Positions 30,485 to 42,230 of a stretch of 64,000 nucleotides of DNA are shown one piece after another; within the stretch, counting starts at the first letter, position 1, and the number at the start of each line of letters is the position of its first letter. The stretch lies in the NCBI GenBank assembly GCA_007376485.1, contig VMGJ01000002.1:15134-79133 (forward strand), in the 5' to 3' direction. Both the position numbers and the translations under genes were made by a program. Under the pieces are notes generated by a model that saw nothing but the letters and a program-made list of their open reading frames with translations, was not told the DNA's origin and did not search any database. Origin of the DNA: Parcubacteria group bacterium Licking1014_17 (GTDB lineage Bacteria > Patescibacteriota > Minisyncoccia > 2-02-FULL-40-12 > IGHO2-01-FULL-4-A).

Positions 30485-31524
30485 TTGGAATGGATAGCCA
30501 AAAGAGACCGAAAAACGGTGTCCGTGTGAGAAATCTTTTCCGTCCACATTTCTATCAGCGCTTTCTCCGAAGGGAAAGGCGCTTTTGTTTTTTTGTATTC
30601 TGGTGTTTTTTCATAATCCAGTTTCAGCTGAGGGTAGATTTTATTCCTATATAATGCCAAAATATTCTCTGCCGCTCCTTGATACTGAGTTTCAATGTGC
30701 CGCAAAACGCCTTCGGAAATTTTATTCCCCTTCTTAATCTCTTCTTCCACATAATTTGACCAGAAGTCTGGAATTTTTATTCCCATGATTACGAAGGCCA
30801 TCTTACTCCAATGGCTGGCTAAATTTTTCTTGTCCAAGCCGATATTATCATCGGCATGGATTTTCAACCCCATCAGTTCCAGCATATTTTTCTGCTCAAG
30901 CCCTATTATTATTCTGCAAACCTCCCCACTGAAGGCCGCGAATTTGCCGTATTTAATATTTGCCATTTTACCCTTTTCTATCTCTTCGGCTATATTATTA
31001 AATTTTCTGGCGATCCAATTGGCGTTGTTAGAGTTAGTAAAATCCACGGCTACCACAACCGGATTTTCGCCGTTTATCTTTAAGATTACATCAACACCAT
31101 TCTCTAAATCATCATATTCCGAGGCCGGATATGCCTCAATGTTGCCTTTAAACCATTCATTCATCAGCCCTATAAATAACGCCTCGGATATTTTGGAATA
31201 CAGATAATTTTTAAGCTCTTCCTCTTTTTCTTTTTCGCCAAATTTCTCGGCGAGGGTTTCCTTAAGCGCTTCAACCCGCTGAATATCCTGTAGTTTCTCC
31301 CGCTCTAAATCTCCCGAATCTTCGGGGTTAACGACTATTTTGGGACGATTATTTTCTAAACCACCGGGGCCAAGAACATATTTTTCGTAAAATTTCCCCT
31401 GCAATTCACTAAGCAAATGTTTGCCTTTTTTATAAGCCATTTCCTCTAAAGAAACATCGCTCTCTTCCGGAGATTTTTCTAACAGCGTAATAACAGTATC
31501 AGAACTTGCAAATTTTTCTCTCAT
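30481..31524 (-). CDS. Hypothetical protein (SEYDD..NGVD motif, possible PD-(D/E)XK fold)
   Basis: 347-aa ORF directly downstream of rpoD. Confidence 0.7.
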   Translation of the reverse strand: MREKFASSDTVITLLEKSPEESDVSLEEMAYKKGKHLLSELQGKFYEKYVLGPGGLENNRPKIVVNPEDSGDLEREKLQDIQRVEALKETLAEKFGEKEKEEELKNYLYSKISEALFIGLMNEWFKGNIEAYPASEYDDLENGVDVILKINGENPVVVAVDFTNSNNANWIARKFNNIAEEIEKGKMANIKYGKFAAFSGEVCRIIIGLEQKNMLELMGLKIHADDNIGLDKKNLASHWSKMAFVIMGIKIPDFWSNYVEEEIKKGNKISEGVLRHIETQYQGAAENILALYRNKIYPQLKLDYEKTPEYKKTKAPFPSEKALIEMWTEKISHTDTVFRSLLAIHSN

Positions 31525-31531
31525 ATAATCT

Positions 31532-32758
31532 TTAATATCCTTTTAATTTTTCAGATTTATGATGCTGGCGGATTTTTTCGAGAGCTTTGGCTTCGATTTG
31601 GCGGATTCTTTCGCGGGTGACGCCGAAAACTTTGCCCACTTCTTCCAGAGTATGAGTCACGCCGTCGGCAAGCCCGAAACGCATTTCAAGAATTTTTTGT
31701 TCGCGCGGCGAGAGGTCACTGATGATTTCTTTTAAGTGGTCGCGTAGGATTCTCCTGCCGGCGGTCATTTCGGGCGAAACCGAATCTTCGTCCGCCACAA
31801 AATCGGCCAAGAGCGAATCATCGCCGTCATCCCCTACCGGCGCCTCAAGCGATACGGTGTCCTGCGAGATTTTCATGATGTGCCGGATTTTATCAATATC
31901 TATATTCATCTCGGCGGCAACTTCCTCCGGCAGCGGCTCGCGCCCCAAATCCTGTATCAGCCGGCGCACCACTTGCTGGTATTTGTTTATGGTTTCAATC
32001 ATATGCACCGGAATGCGGATAGTCCGCGCCTGGTCGGCGAGGGCGCGCGTAATCCCCTGCCTGATCCACCAAGTGGCGTAAGTTGAAAATTTAAATCCCT
32101 TTTTGTAATCGAATTTCTCGACGGCGCGGGAAAGACCGATATTTCCCTCCTGAATCAAATCAAGCAGGGTTAGATTCGGGGAACGCCCGACGTATTTTTT
32201 GGCGATAGACACCACAAGGCGGAGGTTCGACAGCATCAGTTTCTGTCTTGCCGATTCGTCTTTCTTTTCAATGCGCTTGGCAAGTTCCGCTTCTTCATCG
32301 CCGGTCAGTAGCGGATATTTCCCGATTTCGCGAAGATACATTTGCACGGAATCCGAACCCGCCTCCAGCTGTTCGGTTTCCAGTTTTTTCTTTTCCTCGT
32401 GTTCCTTGCCCATTCCTTCGGAAAATATCTTCCCGGTATCAAGGATGTTGATGTTGGCGGCTTTCAGCCTTTCATAAAGATATTCAATGCCCTTGACATC
32501 GTCTTCTACATTGGGAAAAGTGTGCAAAATCTCGTATTCCGTGATAAAACCGCGGTGCCTGCCTTTGTCTATCAGGCGTTCAATCATTTCTTCGGCAACA
32601 ACCTGCCTTTTGTGCCTTTTTGCGGGCGCGTTTTTCATCGCCGCCTTTGAAGCGGTTTTTTTTGATATTTTTTTCTTCCGAGCCGGCTTCCTTGTTTTCC
32701 GGGCTTTCCTTGCCGTTCCCGCTTTCTTTTTTTTCTTGGGGCGTGATTTTTTTGCCAT
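31532..32758 (-). CDS. rpoD: Primary sigma factor RpoD
   Basis: [44 protein letters not shown]; Lys-rich N-terminus. Confidence 0.97.
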   Translation of the reverse strand: MAKKSRPKKKKKAGTARKARKTRKPARKKKISKKTASKAAMKNAPAKRHKRQVVAEEMIERLIDKGRHRGFITEYEILHTFPNVEDDVKGIEYLYERLKAANINILDTGKIFSEGMGKEHEEKKKLETEQLEAGSDSVQMYLREIGKYPLLTGDEEAELAKRIEKKDESARQKLMLSNLRLVVSIAKKYVGRSPNLTLLDLIQEGNIGLSRAVEKFDYKKGFKFSTYATWWIRQGITRALADQARTIRIPVHMIETINKYQQVVRRLIQDLGREPLPEEVAAEMNIDIDKIRHIMKISQDTVSLEAPVGDDGDDSLLADFVADEDSVSPEMTAGRRILRDHLKEIISDLSPREQKILEMRFGLADGVTHTLEEVGKVFGVTRERIRQIEAKALEKIRQHHKSEKLKGY

Positions 32759-32796
32759 AATTTGTAATTAATAAAAAATAAAAACTCTAAAAAATA

Positions 32797-34611
32797 TTAT
32801 TGGACCAGTTCTTTGGTGAGAGAAGAAAATTCCGCCAGTAATTTAGCCAGTGAAGTTTTGTCGCATGCCTTCTCGGCTCCTTTAATATCATACTCGAGAG
32901 AACCGAGTTTTGCCATAATCCCCTTTCTCTTTATGTGGCAAAGGATATTTTTGAATTCCTCCTCAAGGTGCTCTATGTTCCTGTCCTTCCACAATTCGTC
33001 GGATTTCAGATAAGCAACTTCGATATTCATCGAAATCGGGCTGAACACCGGGTTTCCGGTCAAAGTTTTTACGGCCCAATCGGGCCTATCTTTTTTTACG
33101 GACTCGTCGCCCGCCATAATTTTCAGATGTTCGGCAATGCTTTTGAACGTAGAGGATAAAAACGGAATCGCGGACTCGGGTATTGAGCCGGCTAAGCATG
33201 GCTCTTTTATCAGCAAAGAAATCAAATCCTCTTCAGCCGGGCTTAAAGCGCCGGTAACTTCATGGGCGGTAACGGCTTCCCCCTTCGCCTCCTCGGGCGT
33301 ATAGCTTCTTCGGGCCTTCACATTTGCCAGCTCGCTGTAAATAAAATCATCTTTTACTTTAAGCGCCAAAGCGGCTTCAGCCACCCAGTGAGACTGCTCG
33401 ATTTTATTCGCGATTGACGCCACTAATGGCAATATTTTTTGGGCGAACAACTTTTTCCCCAGAGCAGTTGAAGTATCAAAAACCTTTTTTGATAAATCAA
33501 AAAAGTACGCCATGAACGGCACCGATTTTGAAGCAATCTCCGTCCATCTATCTCCGTATTTTCTTACGTAGTCGGCAGGGTCCTTAATACCTTCTTCGTC
33601 TATTGGTATAACGCCCACGTTTAACCCATGTGACAAGGCAAGGTCAACGCCGCGTTCAAGAGCTATGGCTCCGGCGCTATCGGCATCAAAGCACAAATCA
33701 AGATTGTCGGTGTATCTCTTTATAAGACGAAGCTGGCCATCGGTAAAGGCGGTTCCGGATGATGCGACGGAGTTATCCGCACCCGCCTGATGGGACATAA
33801 TGACATCCATATTACCCTCAACCACCACACAGCGCCCTTTCTGCCTTATCGCCATTTTAGCGTGGTTTAATCCGTAAAGAATTCTGCCTTTGTCATAAAT
33901 CGGTGTCTGTGGGCTGTTCACATATTTCGCCGGGGTTTCCCCCGCCGCTGTGTCTTTACTACCGGTTTCAAAAACTCTGCCGGCAAAACCGACTACTTGG
34001 CTGTTTAGGTCGAAAATCGGAAACATTATCCGCGAGCGGAAACGGTCGTAGTCTTCCCCGCTATTTTCCCTTCTTACGCTCAAACCGGCATCCCGGATTT
34101 CATTACTGTTGAATTTCCTGCCAAGAAAATCTTTAAGCGAACGCCAGCTGTCGGGTGCGAAACCGAGCCGGAATTTTTCTATGGACTCACCGGTAAGTCC
34201 CCTGCCGTAAAGATATTCAAGCGCGCGCTTGCCTGTGGCTGATTCATGAAGCTGTTTTTCAAAAAACTTTGCTGAAAGCTCGCAGATTTCGTAAAGGCGC
34301 GATTTAAGATTCTGGAATTCCGGACGGACGGGTTCAAGCTCCACTCCGGCGCGCGCCGCCAGAATTCGCAGAGCTTCGGGAAATTCCACGCCTTCAATCT
34401 GCCTTATAAAACCAAAAATATCCCCGCCCAGCCCGCAACCGAAGCAATGCCAAATCTGTCTTTCGGGAGAAACAAAAAATGAGCCAGTTTTCTCGTTATG
34501 AAACGGGCACCGGGCTTTGTAATTAATCCCCGCTTTCTGAAGTTTGACATAGCCGCCAATAAGCTCAACTATATCAACCCTGTCTTTGATTTTAGAAATA
34601 TTGTCTTCCAC
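32797..34611 (-). CDS. dnaG: DNA primase
   Basis: CPFH.EKT.SF zinc finger, KYVNSP.T, VEG.MD, FD.D.AG, KDP. Confidence 0.97.
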   Translation of the reverse strand: MEDNISKIKDRVDIVELIGGYVKLQKAGINYKARCPFHNEKTGSFFVSPERQIWHCFGCGLGGDIFGFIRQIEGVEFPEALRILAARAGVELEPVRPEFQNLKSRLYEICELSAKFFEKQLHESATGKRALEYLYGRGLTGESIEKFRLGFAPDSWRSLKDFLGRKFNSNEIRDAGLSVRRENSGEDYDRFRSRIMFPIFDLNSQVVGFAGRVFETGSKDTAAGETPAKYVNSPQTPIYDKGRILYGLNHAKMAIRQKGRCVVVEGNMDVIMSHQAGADNSVASSGTAFTDGQLRLIKRYTDNLDLCFDADSAGAIALERGVDLALSHGLNVGVIPIDEEGIKDPADYVRKYGDRWTEIASKSVPFMAYFFDLSKKVFDTSTALGKKLFAQKILPLVASIANKIEQSHWVAEAALALKVKDDFIYSELANVKARRSYTPEEAKGEAVTAHEVTGALSPAEEDLISLLIKEPCLAGSIPESAIPFLSSTFKSIAEHLKIMAGDESVKKDRPDWAVKTLTGNPVFSPISMNIEVAYLKSDELWKDRNIEHLEEEFKNILCHIKRKGIMAKLGSLEYDIKGAEKACDKTSLAKLLAEFSSLTKELVQ

Positions 34612-34717
34612 GCTGGAGGGATAGTTTCTGAATTATAACACAGGCTGTCAAGGGATTGCAAAAAGGAAAAGAGTTCCCAGGCATCGGGGAACTCTTTAAA
34701 AACTCCACACAAAAGAC

Positions 34718-35134
34718 TTATTTCGGGAGATGAAACCGGAAAAGAACCGGTTCCACGGAGTCAGCTCCGGCAAGCACAACGATGGTTTTACCGTCGGCTC
34801 GAATAAGCTTGGGAAACTTATCTATCCCGTAATGAATTGCATTGAGAATTCTCCCAATATCCACATCTTTCAGAACGCCAATCCCTGAACCTTGTGATTT
34901 CCAGTCTTCCGCCGTAGGGTCCGCAACGACGCAGTCGGCTGTCAACATGTTAGTCATGTTTAATTTATATTCCGAAGTTGTGCCAATGTACATCTCCACA
35001 CTTGTCACAATCAGTTCCCGCGTGAAAATAGAACCCGGCATTTCTTTCAAAAGATTCAAAATCCTTTCTTTCTTTTTTGCTGGGAATTGTTGTTCTTTCT
35101 TTTGCATCACCTCGATGCCCTTTCTGATCAACAT
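34718..35134 (-). CDS. Hypothetical protein
   Basis: 138-aa ORF followed by a terminator-like hairpin. Confidence 0.5.
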   Translation of the reverse strand: MLIRKGIEVMQKKEQQFPAKKKERILNLLKEMPGSIFTRELIVTSVEMYIGTTSEYKLNMTNMLTADCVVADPTAEDWKSQGSGIGVLKDVDIGRILNAIHYGIDKFPKLIRADGKTIVVLAGADSVEPVLFRFHLPK

Positions 35135-35220
35135 AAATCCCCCCTATTTTCTACTCTTCGGCAATTTAGGTAGTGAATAATCTACGGATTGCTTTCGGGA
35201 AAATTTGAATTTATATCCCG

Positions 35221-35415
35221 TCAAAATCCAAAAAATATCCACCAAGTAATCCACAGAGAAAGCCGTAAAAAGTAACCCGCAGAGAACAAAAAACACTTTC
35301 CCCCCATAGTTAAATTTTCGCCGTCCAATACCTCCAGAAAAAAGAATACCACTAATGCATAGCAGATAATCAACAAAACCAAATCAACAATCAAGTCTTT
35401 TCTTTTGGGACCCAT
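35221..35415 (-). CDS. Small membrane protein
   Basis: GGAGG RBS; two TM segments. Confidence 0.45.
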   Translation of the reverse strand: MGPKRKDLIVDLVLLIICYALVVFFFLEVLDGENLTMGGKCFLFSAGYFLRLSLWITWWIFFGF

Positions 35416-35493
35416 CTTCGCCTCCCTATTTTCTGCCCTCAACAACTTGGGCGGTTATGTTCTGTGGTACCTCTTCGTAAGATTGGAACTCTA

Positions 35494-35805
35494 TTATTTG
35501 TAGAATATCCTAAGCCTGGGATTCAATATTCTCATAACCTCCAGAATCCATCCCTTGGGATCCTTGCCTGTAAAAAGGCTACGGACCAAGACGGCGAATA
35601 GCCCAACTAACATGGCAGGTGGAATTATGCAACAAATGATTTCGGCGATTCTCCGCTGGGTATCAACTTTATACCAATCCACTAAGATTTCGGTTTTGCA
35701 CATGTAAAACCACATGAGCAAAAGAACTGCGCAAATGACTATATCTGCGGCACCTAGGTACTTAAGCATCTTGCGATTCCGATCCATTGTTTCCTGATCC
35801 ATCAA
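35494..35805 (-). CDS. Small membrane protein
   Basis: GGAGG RBS; two TM segments. Confidence 0.5.
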   Translation of the reverse strand: MMDQETMDRNRKMLKYLGAADIVICAVLLLMWFYMCKTEILVDWYKVDTQRRIAEIICCIIPPAMLVGLFAVLVRSLFTGKDPKGWILEVMRILNPRLRIFYK

Positions 35806-35811
35806 CCCCTC

Positions 35812-37923
<2,112 letters not shown>

Positions 37924-37972
37924 TATAAACTACGCCGGATTTCGCTCCGTTCATCCGCTTTAATATATTTAT

Positions 37973-38440
37973 TTACCACGCAAAATGGGCGAACGCTTTG
38001 TTGGCTTCCGCCATCCTGTGCATATCCATTTTCTTTTTTACGGCCGTGCCGGTGTTGTTGACCGCGTCAATTATTTCTTTAGCCAAAAGTTCCGCCATCG
38101 GCTTCCCTTTGCCGTTTCTTGCGCTTTCGATAATCCAGCGCAAAGCCAGGAGAATTTTTCTTTCCGCCCGAACCTCGTAAGGCACCTGGTAATTGGCGCC
38201 GCCGATTCTGCGAGATTTTAATTCAAGCTGGGGACCGGCGTTTTCAATAGCCAAAGCCATAACTTCCAGCACCGGTTTTCCGACTGCTTTTTCGGCTTTT
38301 TCCAACGCGTCATAAACAATTTTCTGGGCAATGGATTTCTTACCCGCCTGCATCACCATATTTATAAGCTTGGCGACAATCGGCGAAGCAAAACGCAGGT
38401 CAGGCTTAGTAATTATTTTATGTTTAATCTTTTTCCTCAT
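37973..38440 (-). CDS. rpsG: 30S ribosomal protein S7
   Basis: SRRIGGANYQVP, HRMAEANKAFAHF. Confidence 0.98.
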   Translation of the reverse strand: MRKKIKHKIITKPDLRFASPIVAKLINMVMQAGKKSIAQKIVYDALEKAEKAVGKPVLEVMALAIENAGPQLELKSRRIGGANYQVPYEVRAERKILLALRWIIESARNGKGKPMAELLAKEIIDAVNNTGTAVKKKMDMHRMAEANKAFAHFAW

Positions 38441-38448
38441 CCCGTTTA

Positions 38449-38859
38449 TTATTTAGGTCTTTTCACTCCGTACTTACTCCTCCCTCTTTTGCGGTTCTCA
38501 ACGCCCGCGGCGTCAAGCATGCCGCGGACAATGTGATATTGGACGCCCGGCAAATCTTTCACCCTTCCGCCGCGGACAACGACGATTGAGTGTTCCTGCA
38601 AATTATGTCCGACACCCGGTATGTATGCCGTAATTTCCATTCCGTTCGTAAGACGGACGCGAGCGATTTTCCGCAGAGCCGAATTCGGTTTTTTCGGCGT
38701 GACAGTCGTTACCTTGGTCAGAACACCCCTTTTAAAAGGAGAAAATCTGCTTATGGGCCGGTTTTTGATGGTATTAAAATTAAAAGACAGCGCGGGCGAA
38801 CGCGATTTTGTTTTCTGCCCTTTTCTGGCGCCTTTTAATAATTGATTAAATGTCGGCAT
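38449..38859 (-). CDS. rpsL: 30S ribosomal protein S12
   Basis: [21 protein letters not shown]. Confidence 0.98.
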   Translation of the reverse strand: MPTFNQLLKGARKGQKTKSRSPALSFNFNTIKNRPISRFSPFKRGVLTKVTTVTPKKPNSALRKIARVRLTNGMEITAYIPGVGHNLQEHSIVVVRGGRVKDLPGVQYHIVRGMLDAAGVENRKRGRSKYGVKRPK

Positions 38860-38910
38860 AACGCTCTTTTTTGACTTTATAAAAGCCGCCGCGTGGCGGA
38901 CTTATTGGAT

Positions 38911-39549
38911 TTATCCTGTCCCTATAATAAGTCCAAACAGAAAATTAATCAAGGGGTAAAATAACGGGAATATGAAGAATATGAAAAGCACGAAAATTAT
39001 CATACTGTACCGCAGAAGAAAATACTTGAAAGCGTCATATTTACTGGAAAGAAAAGTAAACAACAGCCAGTGGCCGTCAAGAGGCGGAATCGGTATTATG
39101 TTAAATATCGCCAATAAAATATTCATCCAGACGATATAGCCGAATAACTGGAATAAGTTGCTGTTGCCGTTCAGGGGTGTATGAGCCAGCACTCTCCATA
39201 GAACACCGAATATTACCGCAAGGATAATATTGGATAACGGACCCGCGAGCGCCACTTTGAAAGTCCCCCACTTTTTGTCGCGGAGATTGTTGGGATTATA
39301 CGGCACCGGCTTTGCGTAGCCGAAAACAAATCTGCCTATGCCCAAGCCGCTACTGGCAATTATGAACAATATCGGCAAAATAACGGAACCGAACAAATCC
39401 AGGTGCTTCAACGGATTAAGCGTCAGCCTGCCCTGGTTTTTGGCCGTCGGGTCTCCTAAACTGTTGGCGACGACGCCGTGGGACAGTTCATGGAGGACAA
39501 CCGAAAACAAAATCACTATGATTTGGAAAACAATAATCATAAAACCCAT
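38911..39549 (-). CDS. Site-2 protease (M50 family)
   Basis: HELSH, AGP.SN, FNIIPIPPLDG. Confidence 0.93.
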   Translation of the reverse strand: MGFMIIVFQIIVILFSVVLHELSHGVVANSLGDPTAKNQGRLTLNPLKHLDLFGSVILPILFIIASSGLGIGRFVFGYAKPVPYNPNNLRDKKWGTFKVALAGPLSNIILAVIFGVLWRVLAHTPLNGNSNLFQLFGYIVWMNILLAIFNIIPIPPLDGHWLLFTFLSSKYDAFKYFLLRYSMIIFVLFIFFIFPLFYPLINFLFGLIIGTG

Positions 39550-39756
39550 TGTATTGTAAAATTAGCAGTTTTTTGCTAATATGTAAACATAATATTAATA
39601 GTTTATTGAATAATGCCTTATAGCACCGTTGGAATCATAAATTGCACGGTCTTGAGCTCTTGGCGAAAGAATTTATGATTTCACCGGAACGAGCAAACCT
39701 CGCCGGGGTTTGCGAGTGGTGATAAAAGGCGTTATTCAATTATATTAACGACATTC

Positions 39757-39945
39757 ATGACCCGTTGTCCCAAATGCGGCAAAAAACCAATGACGGCGAA
39801 CAAGCGCAAACTCTTGCGCGGTCATTATAATCCCGTAAACAGGTACCGCAAATATCCAAATCTCCAGTGGGCGTTGGTTGGCGGCAAGCGGATGAAAATC
39901 TGCACGTCTTGCATCCGGACTCTCTCAAAAACAAAATCCGCTTAA
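39757..39945 (+). CDS. rpmB: 50S ribosomal protein L28
   Basis: C..CGK, PNLQ, ICT.C.R. Confidence 0.9.
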   Translation: MTRCPKCGKKPMTANKRKLLRGHYNPVNRYRKYPNLQWALVGGKRMKICTSCIRTLSKTKSA

Positions 39946-40000
39946 TCCGGAGATGTTTTCTTATGGACAATCGCCCTCCAGGGCGGTATTTTTATATTAT

Positions 40001-40232
40001 CGGGCTGTGGTGTAATGGCAGCACGAGTCCATGGGGGTTGAAGTAAACGATTTTACTTCAACGGGAATTTTAGAAAAATTTATTTTTCGTCGTCGCGGTC
40101 GGGCCGTAGTGTACCGGTAACATACACCCTTGGGGTGGGTGCGATAGCGGGTTCGATTCCCGCCGGCCCGACCAGGGCGACGAAAATTCCCCGGAGGTTG
40201 TAGACCGGGTCCAACTCCCGGCAGCCCGACCA
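40001..40232 (+). ncRNA. Outer split tRNA-Pro-like gene with an insertion in the anticodon loop
   Basis: 5' half CGGGCTG-TG-GTGT-AATGGCA-GCAC-G-AGTCC-AT-GGG-G (40001-40036); 3' half ...TAGA-CCGGG-TCCAACT-CCCGG-CAGCCCG-A-CCA (to 40232); acceptor and T stems pair perfectly. Confidence 0.75.
40100..40174 (+). tRNA. tRNA-Pro(GGG), intact, nested inside the split tRNA
   Basis: CGGGCCG/CGGCCCG acceptor, CACCC-TTGGGGT-GGGTG anticodon arm, GCGGG-TTCGATT-CCCGC T arm, ACCA end. Confidence 0.95.
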
Positions 40233-40242
40233 ATTCAATTTC

Positions 40243-41148
40243 TCATTTTCTTCCTATCGAAAAAACAAACGTTTTATAATACCGCGCGGGGAGAAATTGT
40301 TTTTTGAAGTCCAAGGGACTGCCTTTTTCGACGCCGCCCATATCAACGGTTTTATATCCCGCTTTTTTCAGCCATTCAAGGTCCTCCAGATAAAGCATCA
40401 AACCCAAATCATGGACGGAGTAATCATGGATGCCGATAGCGGCATAAAAATCGGTTGAATTCGGAATCGGCCAACCGGCGTTGAAACCAACAACTCTTCC
40501 GCCAACAATCATAGCTCGGGCAGTTTTGGCACAGCGGAAATTTGCGTCAATAATTGAATGATATTCATGGGCATAAGCCCTATCCCCGTATTTTCTGTGT
40601 TTTTTCCATTCATCAACAATCCGATACAGTTCTTCTTTCGGCGTTTTTGAAATATCCAAAATTTCGACTTTATGCTCGCGGTAGAATTTGCTTTTCGCGT
40701 TGCGGATTGATTTAAAATGGCTGCCGGGCAGAGCCGGATCAAATTTGTCCATATTCATAATCGGCCAGACTAAAGTGTAAGCGATGGGACGTGCCCGCAG
40801 GTTTTTGGGCATAAGCTGCAAAATCTGCCGCCTGACTGTTTCAGAGACTTCGGTCCAGAATTTTTCCGTTTCCGGGCTTTTGAACACTTCCCCACAAAAA
40901 TCTATTATTTTCCTGCCACCGTCCAAAATCGGAGCGATAGGTTCGGAAAATGTGCACCATTCTTTTTTTCTGCGGGTCAAAAAAAGCATTTCACCGCCAG
41001 GCCAAAAAGCAAAATATCTTTTTTCTTTGGGACTTGAATAAATATGGAACCATTCTAAATTGTGTTCCGGGGCGTAACCGAATTTTGCGATTGACGATTG
41101 CGCGCGGCCCGTTATTTCTTTGCTTCCGTCATCTTCAACCAGTTCCAT
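40243..41148 (-). CDS. DUF2156 / aminoacyl-phosphatidylglycerol synthase C-terminal-like (double GNAT) protein
   Basis: L.G..FKSIRN...KF, VDMGG.....L..FK..F.P; no TM domain. Confidence 0.65.
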   Translation of the reverse strand: MELVEDDGSKEITGRAQSSIAKFGYAPEHNLEWFHIYSSPKEKRYFAFWPGGEMLFLTRRKKEWCTFSEPIAPILDGGRKIIDFCGEVFKSPETEKFWTEVSETVRRQILQLMPKNLRARPIAYTLVWPIMNMDKFDPALPGSHFKSIRNAKSKFYREHKVEILDISKTPKEELYRIVDEWKKHRKYGDRAYAHEYHSIIDANFRCAKTARAMIVGGRVVGFNAGWPIPNSTDFYAAIGIHDYSVHDLGLMLYLEDLEWLKKAGYKTVDMGGVEKGSPLDFKKQFLPARYYKTFVFSIGRK

Positions 41149-41203
41149 AAATTCAATATACCAAAAAAATCCCGGTATTCATATGATACTTTTTATAAAA
41201 AAT

Positions 41204-41232
41204 AAAAAGAGCCGACCCGGGCTGTCGGCTCT
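41204..41232 (-). terminator. Intrinsic terminator
   Basis: AGAGCCGAC/GTCGGCTCT stem followed by a T run on the minus strand. Confidence 0.65.
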
Positions 41233-41634
41233 CAAATCCTTTATTCTGATGCTGTTGCTATAAGGCGGGAAATGATTGCGCGGACAAACATTCCCCAGTT
41301 TAATATCAATGCCGTACTTCCACGCCCGGGCTCTTAAAAAAAGAGGGGTGAAAGTTGGGGGCATTAAACCTCGCGAGCAAGGTACTGATGACCTTTACCC
41401 GCAAGATTCCGCGATGGAACGCGTCGACCCCATATGCATAGGCAAACGGGGTTTTGGCGAGGAGGATTTAGCAGAGCTGACTCGCCCCGCAATCCATCCT
41501 CACTGTTCGCGTCCCAAAAAGAACTGTGGGTCGGGGCAAGCTCCCCAAGAGAATTTACCCCGACCCCTTTCTCTGAAACGGTAAACCACCATGCATTATT
41601 TAGTATATGAGATCGTCAAGTAAAGTCAATAGTT

Positions 41635-42225
41635 CTAAAATATTGTGTCTTCGTCAGCCCTTTTGTAAGAAAATATCTCTTTTTTTGAAAACCAATGACT
41701 GATTTCTCTTTTAGCTTCGGGAATAGAACCGGATGCGTGGACTATATTCCTGACTGTCCTTTTATTTTTGTTAGCAAGCGCTGGCGAATCAACGGAAAAA
41801 TCACCCCTTATGGTGCCCAAATCGGCGTTCGCCGGAATAGTTGAACCCACTATTTTTCTGCTCATTTCCACGGCATGAAGCCCTTCAAAAACCATAGCTA
41901 CAACCGGTCCAGAAGATAAAAACTCAATATTCCACTTATGGATAATTTCTCCGATTTTATAAGGATTATCGCTCCCCATTTCCTTTACTGGGTCCTTGCC
42001 ATATTTTTTGAAACTCTCAAGCGTTTTATTGCCCATTCCTTCCAGTTGTTCCTTCGTCGGCAAATAATGTTTGGCAATATGCGCGGGCGTGGGCTTGACC
42101 AATTTTAAGCCAACAAGCTTCAACCCTCTTTTTTCAAACCGCTGGATTATCTCCCCCACAATACCCCTTTGGACCGCGTCGGGTTTCGCCAAAATAAGTG
42201 TCTGCTCTTTCAATAAATTGCTCAT
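41635..42225 (-). CDS. ndk: Nucleoside diphosphate kinase
   Basis: KPDAVQRG, SGPVVAMV, GTIRGDF, NIVHAS. Confidence 0.96.
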   Translation of the reverse strand: MSNLLKEQTLILAKPDAVQRGIVGEIIQRFEKRGLKLVGLKLVKPTPAHIAKHYLPTKEQLEGMGNKTLESFKKYGKDPVKEMGSDNPYKIGEIIHKWNIEFLSSGPVVAMVFEGLHAVEMSRKIVGSTIPANADLGTIRGDFSVDSPALANKNKRTVRNIVHASGSIPEAKREISHWFSKKEIFSYKRADEDTIF

Positions 42226-42230
42226 AAAAA

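Noticed and set aside
32600-32758. Histone-like Lys-rich RpoD N-terminus as a novel fusion
   Set aside because: Low-complexity basic tails on primary sigma factors are not rare and show no domain signature
41235-41590. RNase P RNA or tmRNA
   Set aside because: No GAGGAAAGTCC P4 motif and no tRNA-Ala-like termini on either strand
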